From the NCBI GenBank assembly GCA_964016885.1, contig OZ024754.1, positions 22,196,001-22,260,000 of the forward strand: a DNA stretch of 64,000 nucleotides. Direction: 5' to 3'. A program made the translations under genes and the position numbers. Under the pieces are notes generated by a model. The model saw nothing but the letters and a program-made list of their open reading frames with translations. It searched no databases and had not been told where the DNA came from. Below are positions 24,695 to 36,931 of the stretch, piece by piece; within the stretch, counting starts at the first letter, position 1, and each line of letters starts with the position of its first letter. Source of the DNA: Eledone cirrhosa. Its lineage: Eukaryota.

Positions 24695-26238
24695 TTCTCG
24701 ATCTCGAGAAAGCCTTTGACAGAGTTCCACGTGCTATAATCTGGTGGGCTCTTAGAAAACTAGGAGTAGATCAATGGCTTGTGAAAGCTGTGCAAGCCAT
24801 GTATAGGGGAGCAGTCAGAAAAGTTAGGATTAGCAATGACTATAGCGAGGAATTTAGCGTACAGGTTGGTGTCCACCAGGGCTCTGTTCTTAGCCCTCTT
24901 CTGTTCATCATAGTTCTGCAGGCAATAACGGAGGAGTTTAAGACCGGATACCCATGGGAACTCCTGTATGCAGATGACCTCGCACTTATAGCTGAATCTA
25001 TGGTAGAACTAGAGAAGAAATTCCAAACTTGGAAGCAGGGACTAGAAAGAAAGGGTCTCAAAGTCAACCTGACAAAGACTAAGGTCCGTGTAAGTAGACT
25101 AGAAAACAGAACCCAGAGCCCCTCAGGGAAATGGGCTTGCTCAGTATGTAGGAAAGGTGTAGGTAGGAACTCCATTCTCTGCCCCAAATGCAAACAATGG
25201 GTACACAAGAGATGTAGCGGGATCTCAGGAAGCTTAACTAAGAATGTAGGCTTCATATGTAGCAGCTGTGCTGGGACAGCAAGCAGCAAATAGCCACAGG
25301 AAACAAGTACCACCAATCTCTGGGAAGGCTCTGTAGAAACAGTAGACAGCTTCTGCTGCCTAGGTGACCGAATTAGCAACGGAGGTGGGTGTTCAGAAAG
25401 TACAATAACTAGGGTAAGAACGGGATGGAAAAAGTTCAGGGAACTACTGCGACTGCTAGCTGCAAAAGGCTTTTCCCTCAAAATGAAAGGCAGACTGTAT
25501 GATGCGTGTATCCGAACAGCAATGTTACATGGGAGTGAGACCTGGGCGGTGAAGGTGGAAGACTTACGTAGATTAGAAAGAAACGAAGCCTGCATGCTCC
25601 GATGGATGTGTAATAGTAATATACGCGAACGGCAAAGTATAAATGAATTGAGAGAGAGACTGAGCATAAGAGGAATCAAATGCTGTGTGCAGGAGAGGCG
25701 GTTGCGTTGGTATGGACACGTGATGTGTATGAAGGATGATAGCTACATAAAAAGGTGCAGAGCACTAGAAGTCAATGGAAACTGCGGAGTGGGGAGACTC
25801 AAGAAGACCTGGGATGGGGTGATAAAAGCCGACCTTACCCAATTACACCTCTCCAAGGCGATGACAAACGACCGTGACCTCTGGCGTCACGCAGTAATAC
25901 AGAGTACCCGACCTCCCATGGGTACAAGATGAAGCATATAGACAATATGCCCCCACACCCTCCCACTGCAAAGTGGTCGTGGAAGTGCCACGGCAAAAAA
26001 GCACCCAGCCCACACTGTAAAGTGGACGTGTAGGCGCCACGGAAAAAGCACCCAGCACTCACTGTAAATGAGGTTGGTGTTAGGAAGGGCATCCAGCTGT
26101 GGAAATCAAGCCAAATCAGTTCCTGTATGAGCAAGGCATGGTCAGCCGACCAGACACTGCCCACAACGGGACAACCCGTCTAACCCATGCTAGCATGGAA
26201 GAACGGATGTAAAACGGTGATGATGATGATGATGATGA
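24695..26238 (+). mobile_element. RTE LINE 3' half (family 1)
   Basis: DLEKAFD, QGSVLSP, LLYADD, C4HC3 finger, 3'UTR and (TGA)n tail. Internal stop codon at 25291. Confidence 0.9.
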
Positions 26239-26527
26239 TATACAATTGTATGTATATGTGAGTGTATATATATATACGCATGTGTAAATGTGCATGTGTA
26301 TATGTATCTATCCATATGTGTGCGTATGTATGTATATATGTACTTGTATGTATATATATATATATATACATATGCATATATGTTTATGGGTATGTATGTA
26401 TATGTACATATGTATGTATCTGTGAGTTCATATTTATTCTTATATGTGTGTGTTTGCGTAAGCCTGTATGTATGAGTGTGTATATATATACATATATATA
26501 TATACATACATATATATTTATATATAC

Positions 26528-26609
<82 letters not shown>

Positions 26610-26643
26610 GTATGTATACATATATATATATATATATATATCA

Positions 26644-26747
26644 TCTCTGATGATCTGGTTAAGCTAACATCGTACTTGAAATTGAGTGGCACAGCTTCAA
26701 GTGTTCACCAATTTTTAGAAAACTTAATCAGTGAAACAATTGTCAGA
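26644..26747 (+). ncRNA. Hammerhead with 79-nt expanded stem II
   Basis: TCT-CTGATGA-tCTGGTTAAG...ACTTGAA/TTCAAGT...CTTAATCAGt-GAAA-CAATTG-TC-AGA. Confidence 0.7.
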
Positions 26748-27275
26748 CTGTAAATAAATCCCCTTTTTTGTACTGTTGACCACGTTATTCTTCACTTTTT
26801 CAATTTTATTACTCCAAGATAAACTTACATGGGAATACAAGTGAAATCATAAACTCGTCATCTACGTAAACCTCTTGTTGAATCAAACAACGCCTTACAC
26901 TAAAACTATCCATAATACGAAGTATTCATAACCTCTAACTGGATTACCTATAACGATTTTTTGTTATCCCCTATATATAATATATATATATAATATATAT
27001 ATATAATATACACAGTTCAAGAGTAACCAATCTTAAAGAGAGAAAAGGAGAGAGGAGAGGAGATAGAAGAAGAGAGATTGGTGAATTAGTTAGAAACCAA
27101 AGCGTAAAGGCATGTGCTCAATGTGCAATATGCAGTAGAAAGCAGCCTCGACAGATGAATACTGCTTGATTATGGCTGACAATTGATACACCCAGGACAC
27201 CATAGTGAACTACCAATATATGGAACATTACATTATGTAACATTCTCTCCTTATCTTAATTTATATTCCTTTGAA

Positions 27276-27389
27276 GTTCCGATGAGCCGCTCTGTTTTTA
27301 AATATGTTAATTATTTTCAACTGAACCAGATCAATAATGATATATAGTCATGCAGAAATATTATATGGAGTAGCTAAACAATTGTAAAC
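27276..27389 (+). ncRNA. Degenerate expanded-stem-II hammerhead
   Basis: GTT-CCGATGA-GCCGCTCTGT...ATGGAGTAGC-TAAA-CAATTG-TA-AAC, with two core substitutions. Confidence 0.4.
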
Positions 27390-27408
27390 GGACATTAATA
27401 TTATTAAG

Positions 27409-27620
27409 GGCGGTGGATTGGCAGTATCGGTAGAGGGTCGGACGCCATGCTTTGAAGCATAGAGTTGCGTCCCTTTATGATCTGAGTTCAAATCTCGCCG
27501 AGGTTAACTTTGCCTTTCATCCTTACGGGGTCGATAAAATAAAGTACCAGTAATGTACTGGGTAATTGCTGGCCTTGTGCCTAAAGTAGAAACAATTATT
27601 ATTAATATTATTATTATTAT
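27409..27620 (+). mobile_element. tRNA-derived SINE with Meta/MESC-like domain
   Basis: A-box-like TGGCAGTATCGG, B-box GAGTTCAAATC, the GCCTTTCATCCTTACGGGGTCGATAAAAT..GTACCAG domain and an (ATT)n tail. Confidence 0.8.
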
Positions 27621-27729
27621 TCTCTACATTCCTTACATCAAACTAAAATATATTGACAATCTTTTAATAATGTCTTCCTTGTGAAATTTGTGGTCTTGTT
27701 TTGCTTAACTAATGAATATATATATATAT

Positions 27730-28266
27730 ATATTGTTATACTTTGGGAGGGTCATGTTGCCAATAAGAAACACACGCACCAGTTGCTTTCACTTCAATTT
27801 ATTATAATAAATTTATAAATTTAGGAATTTATAAATTTTCGGTTGGTTGGTTGGTTGGTTCCACAACCAGATGGTTGTTTATATATTGTCAAAGTTCTTT
27901 TGTCACACATTTTGTGACCTCTTCAGTGACTGGGGATTCTTTTCTTTGTTTTTGTGCCTCTCCTTTGTTCTGTCCTACGCCATTTTGTTTCTGTGTGACA
28001 CACAGAAACAAAATGGCGTAGGACAGAACAAAGGAGAGGCACAAAAACAAAGAAAAGAATCCCCAGTCACTGAAGAGGTCACAAAATGTGTGACAAAAGA
28101 ACTTTGACAATATATAAACAACCATCTGGTTGTGGAACCAACCAACCAACCAACCGAAAATTTATAAATTCCTAAATTTATAAATTTATTATAATAAATT
28201 GAAGTGAAAGCAACTGGTGCGTGTGTTTCTTATTGGCAACATGACCCTCCCAAAGTATAACAATAT
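27730..28266. repeat. 537-bp palindrome of PLE 3'UTR sequence
   Basis: 268-bp arms around a single base at 27998. Homologous to 28530-28790. Confidence 0.9.
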
Positions 28267-28320
28267 CGGTTTCAACACACGTTTTCAGATAAAGAATCTT
28301 GGTAAACAAATTCAGAAACG

Positions 28321-28371
<51 letters not shown>

Positions 28372-28489
28372 TGTAATAAACAACATAAGGCAATTATTCC
28401 ATTTACCAGTGGTTTCTTAAAAGCAAAAAATTTTGCTTTCAATCATCAGAATGAAAAAATCCTGGTCTATTTATTAATGTTGGATTCGA

Positions 28490-30460
28490 AAAACAAGATT
28501 CTTTATCTGAAAACGTGTGTTGAAACCAATATTGTTATACTTTGGGAGGGTCATGTTGCCAATAAGAAACACACGCACCAGTTGCTTTCACTCAAATTTA
28601 TTATAAATTAAATTTATAAATTTAAGAATTTACAAATTTCCGGTTGGTTGGTTCCACAACCGCACGGTTGTTCATATATTGTCAAAGTTCTTTCGTCACA
28701 CATTCTGTGACCTCTTCAGTGACTGGGGATTCTTTTCTTTGTTTTGTGCTTCTCCTTTGTTCTACCCTACGCCATCTTGTTTTTGTGTGTGTTGTCTGCT
28801 TAGTTTGCGCATGTGTTACATCCGGGTGTCTGTGTGTGTTTTTATTTGTTTATTTACATGTTACTGGTTGGTTGTTTGTTCTATTTGTGTGTGTGTTTTC
28901 CTTTTGTCCTTAATTGCAAGTTGTGATGTTGCTATTCCATTCATGTTTTCTATTTAATTTTGGTTGGAGTTCATTTATGTTTACTGCCTCTGTGATTTGT
29001 CTAAACATTGCGTCTTTTCTATGTGTAGATTCTATTTTTATTTCTATGTTCTCTAATTTGCCCTTATGTTCTATTTTAGCATGTTGGTGGAGTATTGATG
29101 ATTCTTTTTCATCTTGAAGCTCTCGCCAGTGTTCATTTAACCGTTCTCCTATACTACGAGCTGTCTCACCTATGTACACTATATTCTTATCTTTACATTG
29201 TCCTTCAGTACATCTTATGCTATATACTACATTTCTAGTTTTACAGTTAATATGGGGGCTTAGTTTACAGATTATGCATTTCTTATCTATACAGGGACGT
29301 CTTTGAAAAGGATATGTATTACTAATAAGTTTTTTTATGGAGGTACCTGGTCTTTCTACGATCTTAATATTAAGTTTAAGTTTATCTAGGCCCCTTCTAA
29401 ATTTGTAAGCTAATTCACCTCTAGGGGTTGTATTGATGAACATTACACTCTGGTATTTATTGCTATCATACCATGAGTTTATTCTATTAACCTTATTCCT
29501 AGTTCTTTCTATTCTATTCCAAAATTTGCTCCTATACAAGGGGCAGGTCCCATTTGTATCATTATTTACCATTTTTTTGTTATTTGGTTCTGGCTCCTCT
29601 ATATACTCTGATTTTATCTCTCTGATTGTAACCAGAGAATTGCATACGGTGGAGGAAGTGTTGTATGTGTCTTTCTAGTTCTTTGGGGTTGCACATGCGG
29701 GACACGTTTCTCATCACCCGTACCAAATCCGCAATCAGTATATTGATTTTGGTGTGATCCGAAACAGCTGAGTTTCGGTGGACCAGATATTTGGAAGTCA
29801 TGGGTTTGGCATAATGGGAATGGAGGATTTGTTTTTGTTATTAATGGTTTCTAACCAGAGCTCTGTGTCTAGTACAGGTAATCGATGGTTGGGGTGTTTG
29901 CTTGGGTAGTCTATAGTAACTATAATACTCTGGTGGATGGAGTTAGCTATTTGCTGGATGCTTTCCATGGTGTTTTTCTCTAATTCCTGACTGTTCTCTA
30001 GTGGGGGTGTTTTTACTACGATGTTTATATCATCAACGTAGCGGGAGTACATTATCAGGGTTAAGAGGTTGCTGTCTTCTAATTGTTCTTTAAGTTTAAG
30101 TTTAAGTTTATTGTCCCACCATACCATGAATAGGTTATCTATGTCACCTGCAATACTAACACCAATGGCTGCTCCCTCCTCTTGGGCATGTTTTTCCATT
30201 AAATTTGAGCATATGTTCCTTAAGGGTTAGTTTTATACTGGCCCCTACCGCATGTGCAATCATTTTCTTTAGTTCATCGTGGTTTTCGGGGGTCCGTATG
30301 GCTCTGGTCCACCTGTTCCATCTTTCTGGGTGGGTTTTCTTGGCCATTGAGGTAATGGTAGGTGGTCTGCTTCTTGCTGGTCTTGTAGGGCACAGGTTGC
30401 TAAGGTCATACGTATCTAGATAATCATTACTATAGGTAAGTTTAAGTAGGAGTCCCAGAT
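28490..30460 (-). mobile_element. Penelope-like element (RT plus C-terminal GIY-YIG), frameshifted
   Basis: YSRYVDDI, LPVLDT, CIDKKCIIC, VVYSIRC..VYIGETARSIGERLNEH, LNRKHE. 3'UTR at 28490-28910. Confidence 0.9.
28681..28723 (-). ncRNA. Type I hammerhead in PLE 3'UTR
   Basis: GTCA-CTGAAGA-gGTCACA GAATG TGTGAC-GAAA-GAAC-TT-TGAC. The palindrome copies have GAAA changed to AAAA. Confidence 0.65.
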
Positions 30461-30749
30461 CACCAGCGTACCAATGTTGTCTTGGTATCCTTGAAATATA
30501 TATAATAAAATAAATATGGTTTTATAAATATAGTTTCCATTTATTTAATATCATTGGATATTTACTCCAGTAACTGTTGAGTGCTCTAAATCAGTTATAA
30601 ACATTTATGTTTGTCGGACTTCCAACAAATTAAATACCACTTCTACTTATATTATATATATCTAAGGACGATCGACTTTCGTCAAATCGGACCGAGGGAA
30701 CAATGTTTTCTTTGGTCTTTCCAATTGCTAATACTTTCTATCGGTCGCA

Positions 30750-31118
<369 letters not shown>

Positions 31119-31406
31119 CAAATAACGAAACGAAATTAAATTTCGTTTCGTTTGTAACTCACTTTTGTATGACTGACGCTTAAACAATTAAGTTAAAAAT
31201 GTACATCTACATATGCATACTGAAATACTAGTATGCATATGAATACACACACATATACATATGTAGATGTACCAAGTCTTTCACTGGTTACTTTACTGTG
31301 AGTATCCAGCTATTCTGTATGTAAACACACAGACAAACCGGTTTTTAGAGTGATACTGGTTTTTGAGGAAACACCTTTCCTCTATTCTCCAGAAAGCCAG
31401 ACAAGG

Positions 31407-31451
31407 AATATTGAACTAGTTTCGTTGTTGTTACAACTCATCAGCAATATT
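31407..31451 (-). ncRNA. Minimal type I hammerhead ribozyme
   Basis: AATATTG-CTGATGA-GTTGT AACA ACAAC-GAAA-CTAG-TT-CAATATT. Stem II shows a compensatory change relative to 3271-3315. Confidence 0.85.
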
Positions 31452-31872
31452 TACCTATCTACCGGCCTTTCTGGAGAATCGTAAAAGCACATATCGTTAT
31501 ATGCTTTTTCTATGAAAATTAGTAGTGGGCAGACTAATTTGCATAGAGTGTGAGTACGTACCGGTTCAACGGAGACGATAAAAACAAATAACGAAACGAA
31601 ATTAAATTTCGTTTCGTTTGTAACTCACTTTTGTATGACTGACGCTTAAACAATTAAGTTAAAAATGTACATCTACATATGCATACTGAAATACTAGTAT
31701 GCATATGAATACACACACGTATACATATGTAGATGTACCAAGTCTTTCACTGGTTACTTTACTGTGAGTATCCAGCTATTCTGTATGTAAACACACAGAC
31801 AAACCGGTTTTTAGAGTGATACTGGTTTTTGAGGAAACACCTTTCCTCTATTCTCCAGAAAGCCAGACAAGG

Positions 31873-31917
31873 AATATTGAACTAGTTTCGTTGTTGTTAC
31901 AACTCATCAGCAATATT
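31873..31917 (-). ncRNA. Minimal type I hammerhead ribozyme (unit 2)
   Basis: Identical to 31407-31451. Confidence 0.85.
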
Positions 31918-32974
31918 TACCTATCTACCGGCCTTTCTGGAGAATCGTAAAAGCACATATCGTTATATGCTTTTTCTATGAAAATTAGTAGTGGGCAGAC
32001 TAATTTGCATAGAGTGTGAGTACGTACCGGTTCAACGGAGACGATAAAAACAAATAACGAAACGAAATTAAATTTCGTTTCGTTTGTAACTCACTTTTGC
32101 ATGACTGACGCTTAAACAATTAAGTTAAAAATGTACATCTACATATGCATACTGAAATACTAGTATGCATATGAATACACACACGTGTACATATGTAGAT
32201 GTACCGAGTTTTTCACTGGACACTTTACTGTGAGTGTCCAGCTATTCTGTATGTAAACACACAGACAAACCGGTTTTTAGTGTCATACTGGTTTTCACGC
32301 TCTATGCAAATTATATATATAAATGTAATCTGAGTTTTTCGAATATTAATAATAACATTCGATTCGTTTGCAATTATGCAAAGAAGCCTCATTTTTAAAG
32401 CCATCTCAGTAGAATGAACTTTTCATTCTTGCTCTTGTGTTGGCACGTAAACAGAACTGCAGATGCTAATGTTTCTGGATATCACCCTTCATCAGTACAG
32501 CTCACTCTTCACCTGCCACCTGCCAGAGCTAGTGAAAATATATGCTATTTTCTAAAATATACAGTGACTGATCGTCCTGATTTGCATATTAACAGACTGG
32601 TTGATCAGTTAGATCTGCATATTAGCAGATCCACTGATCAGTCAGATTTGCACATCAGCAGATTGGTCAGTCAGTTTCCTGCAATCTCTTTATTTACATT
32701 TTACATTTTACGTTTACTTGCCTCTCAATGCAAAATGGCTATAAATTCAAATTTTGAAAAAAAGAGGAAAACGGTCAAATGAACTATGATCTAGATACAT
32801 CTCACTGTCCCCCACCACCACAATAACATCTACACTCGCTCCCTACCATCATATTTACAAGGTCACTGACCTGTTGCCAGACACTCTCTCTACTCTGTGT
32901 TGAATGTGTGTGTGTATATTTATATGTGTGTATATATATATATATATGTGTGTGTATATATATATATATATATA

Positions 32975-33951
32975 TTTAATACATTAACAGAGAAAGCTTT
33001 AAGCAATACTCCGACCGGCTTCCGTCTCTCTCAACAAACATTAGGATATACCTTAGTATAATCCCAATTATACGTTTGGGGTGCTAACTATACGTATTTT
33101 GCGGATAGCCAGTTGTATTATTTTATATGAGACATAATTAAATACATCTCTCTCTCCAAACGATCGTTTCATTATAAGTTTTCTACAAATTGGGAAAATA
33201 ATGTCCAGGTTATGTAGAAGCCTACACATAGTCCATAGGAATATATTATATATAGGTGGGTACTTATAAATCATCAGTGGATGCTCGACAATATCGATAT
33301 TAAAAAAAATCTTACCGATATTAATATTCAGCGATGGTACCCGTCCGTGCTAGAGTGACCGCCAAATTTGAAATTCCAGCAGTCTCACAATGAGAAATCT
33401 CACACCGTCACCAAGCGGGAAGGGGAGGTCATCGCAAAACATAAAAGAATAAAATAATATGCACGCAGGTCAATTAATTCTTTCAATAATTTTAACCAGG
33501 CGTGAAGAACTCAATTGGATATAAACAAATAAATATATGCATGTATTATGTATACACGCAAATAGGTATTTTCTTAGGCTAAAAACAGAGACAAGATACC
33601 GGAAAAACAATCAATATTTCATACAAAGAATAAATACAGAAAAATCACACCTAAAAAGTATCTGGAAATATTCATCTCTGGCCAAATCAAGAGTATAATA
33701 TTTAATACATTAACAGAGAAAGCTTTAAGCAATACTCCGACCGGCTTCCGTCTCACTCAACAAACATTAGGATATACCTTAGTATAATCCCAATTATACG
33801 TTTGGGGTGCTAACTATACGTATTTTGCGGATAGCCAGTTGTATTATTTTATATGAGACATAATTAAATACATCTCTCTCTCCAAACGATCGTTTCATTA
33901 TAAGTTTTCTACAAATTGGGAAAATAATGTCCAGGTTATGTAGAAGCCTAC
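32975..33951. repeat. Direct repeat of about 250 bp (32975-33227 and 33701-33951), pseudo-LTR-like
   Basis: Near-identical copies about 726 bp apart, overlapping an HHR. Confidence 0.8.
33155..33281 (-). ncRNA. Hammerhead with 100-nt expanded stem II
   Basis: TCCA-CTGATGA-tTTATAAGT...ACTTATAAt-GAAA-CGATCG-TT-TGGA. Confidence 0.7.
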
Positions 33952-34497
33952 ATCACAGTCGAAGTGATCAAATTTCAACCCAGCGACTACAACAACAACA
34001 GCAACAACACCATTGTCTGCAGCAGCAGCAGCATCAAAATGAAATGAACATCAAAAGGAACAACAACATCAAATGCCACCACCATCACCATCCACCATCA
34101 CCACCACCACCATAACCACCACCACCACCACCACCAGCGATCAGGCCTTAAGAAAACAACAACTATAATAATAGTAATTATTCTGTTTTTGGCACGGGGC
34201 AGCGATTGTCCCAGCGCATTGCTGGTGCCTTGTTTTGTCGGCTCCGTGGGGATAAAGGACAGGGGTGACCTCGGCGGGATTTAGGCCCGGAGCGTGAAGG
34301 GCCATAGCTCTATGCCGTAAAACAATTATTATAATAATACTGAACAGTAACAGACGGCTTCAATTATACGAACTCTTTCGAACAGGGCCGTCTTAACGCA
34401 TGGGCACGCTGGCCAGTTGCCCGGGGGCGCCACGGGGATAGGGGGCCCATGCTAATCTATGTATGTAGCGACTTGCTGTCAATTGATAAATACTATA

Positions 34498-34720
34498 CAG
34501 TAAGATCTCTCTAAACCGATCCGTCATAAAACCGACCACCTCTCTAAAGCGGTTGTTTTAAAAAGTCCTGGCAAAATGGTGTTAAAATTAATATAATCTT
34601 TCTTTACAAAACCGGTCACCCCTTCAAACCGTACACCGGCCACTTTTTAAAATATTTGTTATAATAAATATATTAATTATAACTTCATAATACCGGCCAC
34701 AACAACATTTTTTTTTATAA
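34498..34720 (+). mobile_element. Tc1/pogo (Tigger-like) terminal fragment nested in the hAT
   Basis: TA|CAGTAAGATCTCTCTAAACCG followed by repeated ACCGGCCAC/ACCGACCACC subterminal motifs. Confidence 0.5.
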
Positions 34721-35296
34721 AAAAAATTGCCTACATAATAAAACATTTTTAATTAGAACATTCAGTTTCTGTGGCAATTGAGCATCATGATACCATTACA
34801 GTTTTTGTTTGGTAAGATTTGAATGGCGACCCTCAGCGAATATTTGATTTAAATTGATATTTTTACATTTGCTGAAAATTATTTTACCGGCATGCAAATG
34901 AAAAAATGTAGCACTAAAATGTGATTCTTTGAAGCTCACAGTTTAATCTTCTGTTTGCAGGTGTTAATTATAAAGTTTCAAAATATATTTATCAGATATT
35001 TTTTATGGTTGAAGGCATTTTAATAAATAAAACTTATTTGAAATATATTTTGGTTTGAACAAAATAATATTGAGTGAGGGAGGAAAGAGAAATTGACTTT
35101 TATCGTGTAATTATTAATTATGTTTACGAATATCCTTGAAGATTATTGTTTTTTGGTTTCACTCAAATATAAAGTAACAAATAAAAATCATTTTGTTTTT
35201 ATTAACAATATTATTTAAAACATCATTTTTATCCGGGAGCTATCCGGGAGCTTCCAACCGACATGGTCGCAGTCTTTAAGGGTATGTCAATATTTG

Positions 35297-35399
35297 TTTA
35301 TAAAACTGATCTATATTATATTTTACCTGATGAAAGAGCACCATAATTTGCTTTGGTGTCCTTGAAATATGTATAATGAAATAAATATGGTTTTATAAA
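35297..35399 (+). ncRNA. Type I hammerhead, family C
   Basis: CTGATGA at 35327, AAG-GCACCA/TGGTGT-CTT stem II, GAAA-TATGTA-TA. Confidence 0.6.
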
Positions 35400-35754
35400 T
35401 ATAGTTTCCATTTGTTAATATATTGTATTTTTACTCCAATAATTTGTTGAGTGCTTTATATCAGTTATAAAAATATTTGCTTGTTGTATCCCAACAAATT
35501 AAATATAACTTCTACATATATATATATGTTTGTATATATATATGTATGTATATATATATATAAATATATATAATTGAAAAAATGGAAAATAACATGGTCA
35601 AATATATATATATATATATATATGATTCTTGTTTGTACTAAATAATCATAAAAAACTATTGACAGAGAGCCGGACCCTAACTTAATGATTGACAGAATAT
35701 ATCACACAAATACAAACATGATATATCATATATATATATATATGTATATATATA

Positions 35755-35945
35755 TAATTGTTTCTACTTTCGGCACAAGGCCAGCAATTATCCCAGTGCA
35801 TTACTGGTACTTTATTTTATCGACCCCGTAAGGATGAAAGGCAAAGTTAACCTCGGCGGGATTTGAACTCAGAATGGCAAGGGCCGTAACTCTTTGCGTC
35901 AAAGTATGGCGTCCGACCCTCTACCGATACTGCCAATCCACCATA
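35755..35945 (-). mobile_element. tRNA-derived SINE (Meta/MESC-like)
   Basis: Reverse complement of the 27409-27600 family. Confidence 0.8.
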
Positions 35946-36060
35946 TATATATATAATATATGATCTTTGTATTTGTGTGTGTAATCTGTCAATAATCATT
36001 AAGTAAGGGTCCGGCTCTCGGCTAATAGTTTTTATGATACTTAATTTAGTACAAACAAGA

Positions 36061-36218
<158 letters not shown>

Positions 36219-36391
36219 AAAGTTTTATTTAAAATTGTTGGGTTACAACGAGTAAATATTTTATAACTGATATAAAAGCACTCAACAAGTTTTGGAGTAT
36301 TTTACGATATTAAAATGTATTTATAAAACTGTTTATATATTTATATATTTTAACTGTTTATATATTTATATATTTTACGTATGTCAAATTT

Positions 36392-36497
36392 ATTTATAAA
36401 ACTGTTTATATATTGTATTTTGTCTGAAGAGGGCATACCATATTTTTAATATGATATCCCTGAAATATATATAATGAAATAAATATGGTTTTATAAA
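36392..36497 (+). ncRNA. Type I hammerhead, family C
   Basis: CTGAAGA at 36424, GGG..CATATT/AATATG..CCC, GAAA-TATATA-TA. Confidence 0.55.
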
Positions 36498-36931
36498 TGT
36501 GGTTTCCATTTGTTTAATATCGTATATATATATATATATATATATTTGTATAAGTATGCAGGCATTATTTCCCTCATACAATATTTGCAATTTTTAATTG
36601 ACATATTTGAATTTCGCTTCCCCGAAAACCCCTATTTGTAATATTTTCATATAAAAGTAGTCAGTATTGTGTTGGTATGTTGAGGTGGGAGGGTGGGGGG
36701 GAGTAAACAAGTGCCAAATTATATCCATTTATTGTTGTGTTATGTATATGTTTTTTCTTTAGATATCCGTATTTTTCGGTTTTAACTTACAAAATATATT
36801 TACGCGTACAAGTATGCATTTTAATCAGTACGAACAATTTTTTTGAACAGACTAATGTTAATTTTTATTTTTATATGATACTTCTCTATAATGTTAGTTT
36901 TTTTTCTAGGTGAATAACCCTTTAAGCAGAA

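Noticed and set aside
24840-25679. Long antisense ORFs over RTE copies (also 47964-48596 and 49799-50347)
   Set aside because: They are shadow ORFs opposite LINE coding sequence, with no independent homology signal.
27409-27500. tRNA-like sequences (also 30800-30884)
   Set aside because: A and B boxes are present but there is no full cloverleaf, and they continue into SINE bodies.
28415-28455. CTGATGA-TT-GAAA followed by a hairpin on the minus strand
   Set aside because: It has no stem II and poor stem I, so it cannot be supported as a ribozyme.
33927-34140. PolyQ/polyH ORF resembling a transcription-factor exon
   Set aside because: It is explained by (CAA)/(CAG)/(CAC) simple repeats, with no convincing splice sites or domain.
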